A stretch of 64,000 nt of DNA. It comes from Candidatus Omnitrophota bacterium (GTDB lineage: Bacteria; Omnitrophota; Gorgyraeia; Gygaellales; Profunditerraquicolaceae). The stretch covers positions 18,677 through 82,676 of the forward strand of contig JAQTQQ010000001.1 in NCBI GenBank assembly GCA_028712175.1, in the 5' to 3' direction. A model generated the notes under the pieces. That model was not told the DNA's origin. It ran no database searches and saw only the letters and a program-made list of their open reading frames with translations. The position numbers and the translations under genes were made by a program. Position 1 is the stretch's first letter; every line of letters starts with the position of its first letter. Positions 62,138 to 64,000 of the stretch are shown here, piece after piece.

Positions 62138-63505
62138 ATGGACCTATTTACAGAGCAAACTTTAGACAATCAAAATAAAAACCTGCCTTTAGCAGTACGC
62201 ATGCGCCCGATTAAGCTCGATGAGTTATTGGGGCAGGACCATATATTAGGGAAAACTAAACTATTACGCCGGGCCATCGAAGCTGACCGTTTGAATTCAC
62301 TTATTCTTTTTGGGCCGCCCGGAACAGGTAAGACATCTTTAGCATGGTGTATTGCCAATGTTACCAAGGCGCATTATGTAGCGATAAACGCGACCACCTC
62401 TTGCGTTGAAGAGTTAAGAAAAATTATCCTGCAGTCTAAATTAAGGGCAAAGGAGGACGGTAAAAGGACCATTCTTTTTATCGACGAGATTCATCGTTTT
62501 AATAAAGCACAACAGGACGTACTTTTACCCGATGTTGAAGAAGGGCGCCTAATTTTAATCGGCGCCACGGTGCATAACCCGTATTTTTCGCTTACCTCGG
62601 CTTTGCTTTCCCGTTCAATTGTCTGCGAATTAAAGGAACTTCAAGTCTCCGAACTGCAGCGTATCATTAATAATGCCTTAAAAGATAAAGAGAGAGGGTT
62701 GGGTAATTTTAAAGTTAAGTTGGAGAAAAAAGCTTTAAATTTTCTTGCTAAAATCTGTCAGGGCGATGCGCGCCGCGCCCTGTCCGCTTTGGAACTAGGG
62801 GTTTTAACTACCCCGGAGTCCAAAGATGGTTATATCAACTTTGATTTAGGGATTGCCCAGGAATCAATCCAGAAAAAAGCAGTAGTTTATGACCGCGATG
62901 AGGACGGCCATTATGATACGGCTTCAGCTTTTATCAAATCAATGCGCGGCAGCGATCCTGACGCAGCAATTTACTGGATGGCCAAAATGCTCTATGCCGG
63001 AGAGGAAGCGCGATTCATCGCCCGCAGGGTTTGTATTTTGGCTGCCGAGGACGTGGGTAATGCCGATCCGCTGGCTTTAGTATTAGCAAATGCGGCTTTA
63101 CAGGTTTCCGAGTTTGTGGGTATGCCCGAAGCCAGGATTCCTCTGGCTCAGGCAGTAATTTATGTTTCTTGTGCTTTTAAGTCCAATGCCAGCTATTTAG
63201 CTATTGAAAGAGCTACGCAGGATATTAAAGAAAATAAAGTTCAAGAAGTTCCTGACCACCTTAAAAGTACCTCTTATAGCGCAGCAGAGAAGCTGGGCCA
63301 TGGCATAGGGTATAAATACAGCCATGATTACCCGGAGCATTTTGTAAAACAAAAATATACGCGCAAAAAAGTGCTATACTATGAACCGACAGATTTGGGC
63401 CATGAGGCTAAGATTAAAGAACGCCTGGAAAAGCTGCGTTTTCTTTCCTCTAAAGATAAAAGTACCGGAACGGGCTGTACCGCAAAGAAAGGGCCGTTAA
63501 AATGA
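62138..63505 (+). CDS. rarA: Replication-associated recombination protein A (AAA+ ATPase)
   Basis: LILFGPPGTGKTSLA, ILFIDEIHRFNKAQQD, and a MgsA C-terminal domain. The start was placed at MDLFTEQ. Confidence 0.85.
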   Translation: MDLFTEQTLDNQNKNLPLAVRMRPIKLDELLGQDHILGKTKLLRRAIEADRLNSLILFGPPGTGKTSLAWCIANVTKAHYVAINATTSCVEELRKIILQSKLRAKEDGKRTILFIDEIHRFNKAQQDVLLPDVEEGRLILIGATVHNPYFSLTSALLSRSIVCELKELQVSELQRIINNALKDKERGLGNFKVKLEKKALNFLAKICQGDARRALSALELGVLTTPESKDGYINFDLGIAQESIQKKAVVYDRDEDGHYDTASAFIKSMRGSDPDAAIYWMAKMLYAGEEARFIARRVCILAAEDVGNADPLALVLANAALQVSEFVGMPEARIPLAQAVIYVSCAFKSNASYLAIERATQDIKENKVQEVPDHLKSTSYSAAEKLGHGIGYKYSHDYPEHFVKQKYTRKKVLYYEPTDLGHEAKIKERLEKLRFLSSKDKSTGTGCTAKKGPLK

Positions 63506-64000
63506 TAATACTCATGTTAATGCTTGCGGTTATTGGCGTAGGTATGGTTATTTTTGCCGTTTTTGAAATATTTGTATCTGGTAAGCCCGGAATGAAAAAT
63601 AAGATAAACAATCTGGGCGAGCAGGCTCCCGTTGTGCTTCCTCAAACTGATTACGGGAAAGAACAAAAAATACAACGCTTAGAAAGCCGCGTACTTGATT
63701 TAGAGAGCCAGGTTCAGAAAAGTCAAGCCGAATATGCCAAGGAGGAAACTGCTTTTAAGCAGGCTAAAGAAAACGAATCAAAGCTGCTTGAGGAGTTAAG
63801 GCGCAGGGATGAATGGCTGGCTAAAGCCGAAGCGGAGCTGGCTAAAATAAAATTAGAGAATTCGGATTTGACCAATAAATTTATTGCAAAAGAAAAAGAA
63901 TTAGAAGCAGAGTTTACTAATAATGTAAATTTAACGCGCGCGCTCAATGAAATGAAAACATCTCTTACCGACAAAGAAATGGGCTCCAAGCTTAAAGAAG
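63502..64000 (+). CDS. Partial membrane-anchored coiled-coil protein (runs off the window end)
   Basis: I translated this myself: MIILMLMLAVIGVGMVIFAVFEIF... then heptad-rich LESRVLDLESQVQKSQAEYAKEE.... The ATG overlaps the rarA stop (ATGA). The minus-strand ORF at 63723-63989 is its antisense shadow. Confidence 0.4.
   Translation, partial: MIILMLMLAVIGVGMVIFAVFEIFVSGKPGMKNKINNLGEQAPVVLPQTDYGKEQKIQRLESRVLDLESQVQKSQAEYAKEETAFKQAKENESKLLEELRRRDEWLAKAEAELAKIKLENSDLTNKFIAKEKELEAEFTNNVNLTRALNEMKTSLTDKEMGSKLKE

Noticed and set aside
63723-63989. 88-aa minus-strand ORF at the window end
   Set aside because: It is antisense to a better-supported plus-strand coiled-coil ORF that starts at the rarA stop (ATGA overlap). 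Its serine-rich, low-complexity composition is consistent with a shadow ORF.

Overview
This 64 kb window looks like a compact bacterial chromosomal segment (about 40-45% GC, many overlapping genes) that spans the likely replication origin. dnaA (minus strand) and rpmH (plus strand) diverge at about 45.0-45.3 kb around at least one perfect DnaA box. Almost every gene to the left of that point is on the minus strand and almost every gene to the right is on the plus strand. Housekeeping blocks I recognise by motif, read right to left on the minus strand: dnaA-dnaN-DUF721-gyrB-gyrA, tRNA-Glu, glmS, rsmI, then a pyrimidine operon with a PyrR attenuator (pyrR-pyrB-pyrC-[PHP/EndoQ-like]-tRNA-Arg-carB C-half-mutM-ICMT-pyrK-pyrD-pyrF). 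Next comes a minimal V/A-type ATPase operon (E-?-A-B-D-I-K) with Chlamydia/spirochaete-like synteny, then two tRNAs flanked by palindromic repeats, a plus-strand type IV pilin-like cluster, an outer-membrane beta-barrel protein and several small enzymes. On the plus side of the origin: rpmH-yidD-yidC-jag-like-parA-parB-ndk-yicC-gmk-rpoZ-coaC, three tRNAs (Cys, Leu, Val), thrS-infC-rpmI-rplT, trkA-trkA-trkH, pheS-pheT and rarA. The most unusual locus is at 0.8-7.8 kb. A KamA-family radical-SAM 2,3-aminomutase is followed by two tandem D-Ala-D-Ala-ligase-type ATP-grasp paralogs, a HAD hydrolase, a PAC2-family protein and an M20 amidohydrolase, preceded by an N-terminally truncated YchF-like protein. 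I read this as a candidate uncharacterised beta-amino-acid ligation system. Other notable points are a PilZ domain fused to a six-hairpin-glycosidase-like domain, domain-split or domain-minimised enzymes (PheT without its tRNA-binding domain while a standalone copy lies 47 kb away, ThrS without TGS, split CarB, CoaC without CoaB), a palindromic GTCTATAGAC / TTCAGACTATC repeat family beside both tRNA clusters, and a 7-bp tandem repeat inside pyrK. I found no CRISPR array, transposase or integrase. All calls rest on reading the translations and motifs myself. No database search was possible.
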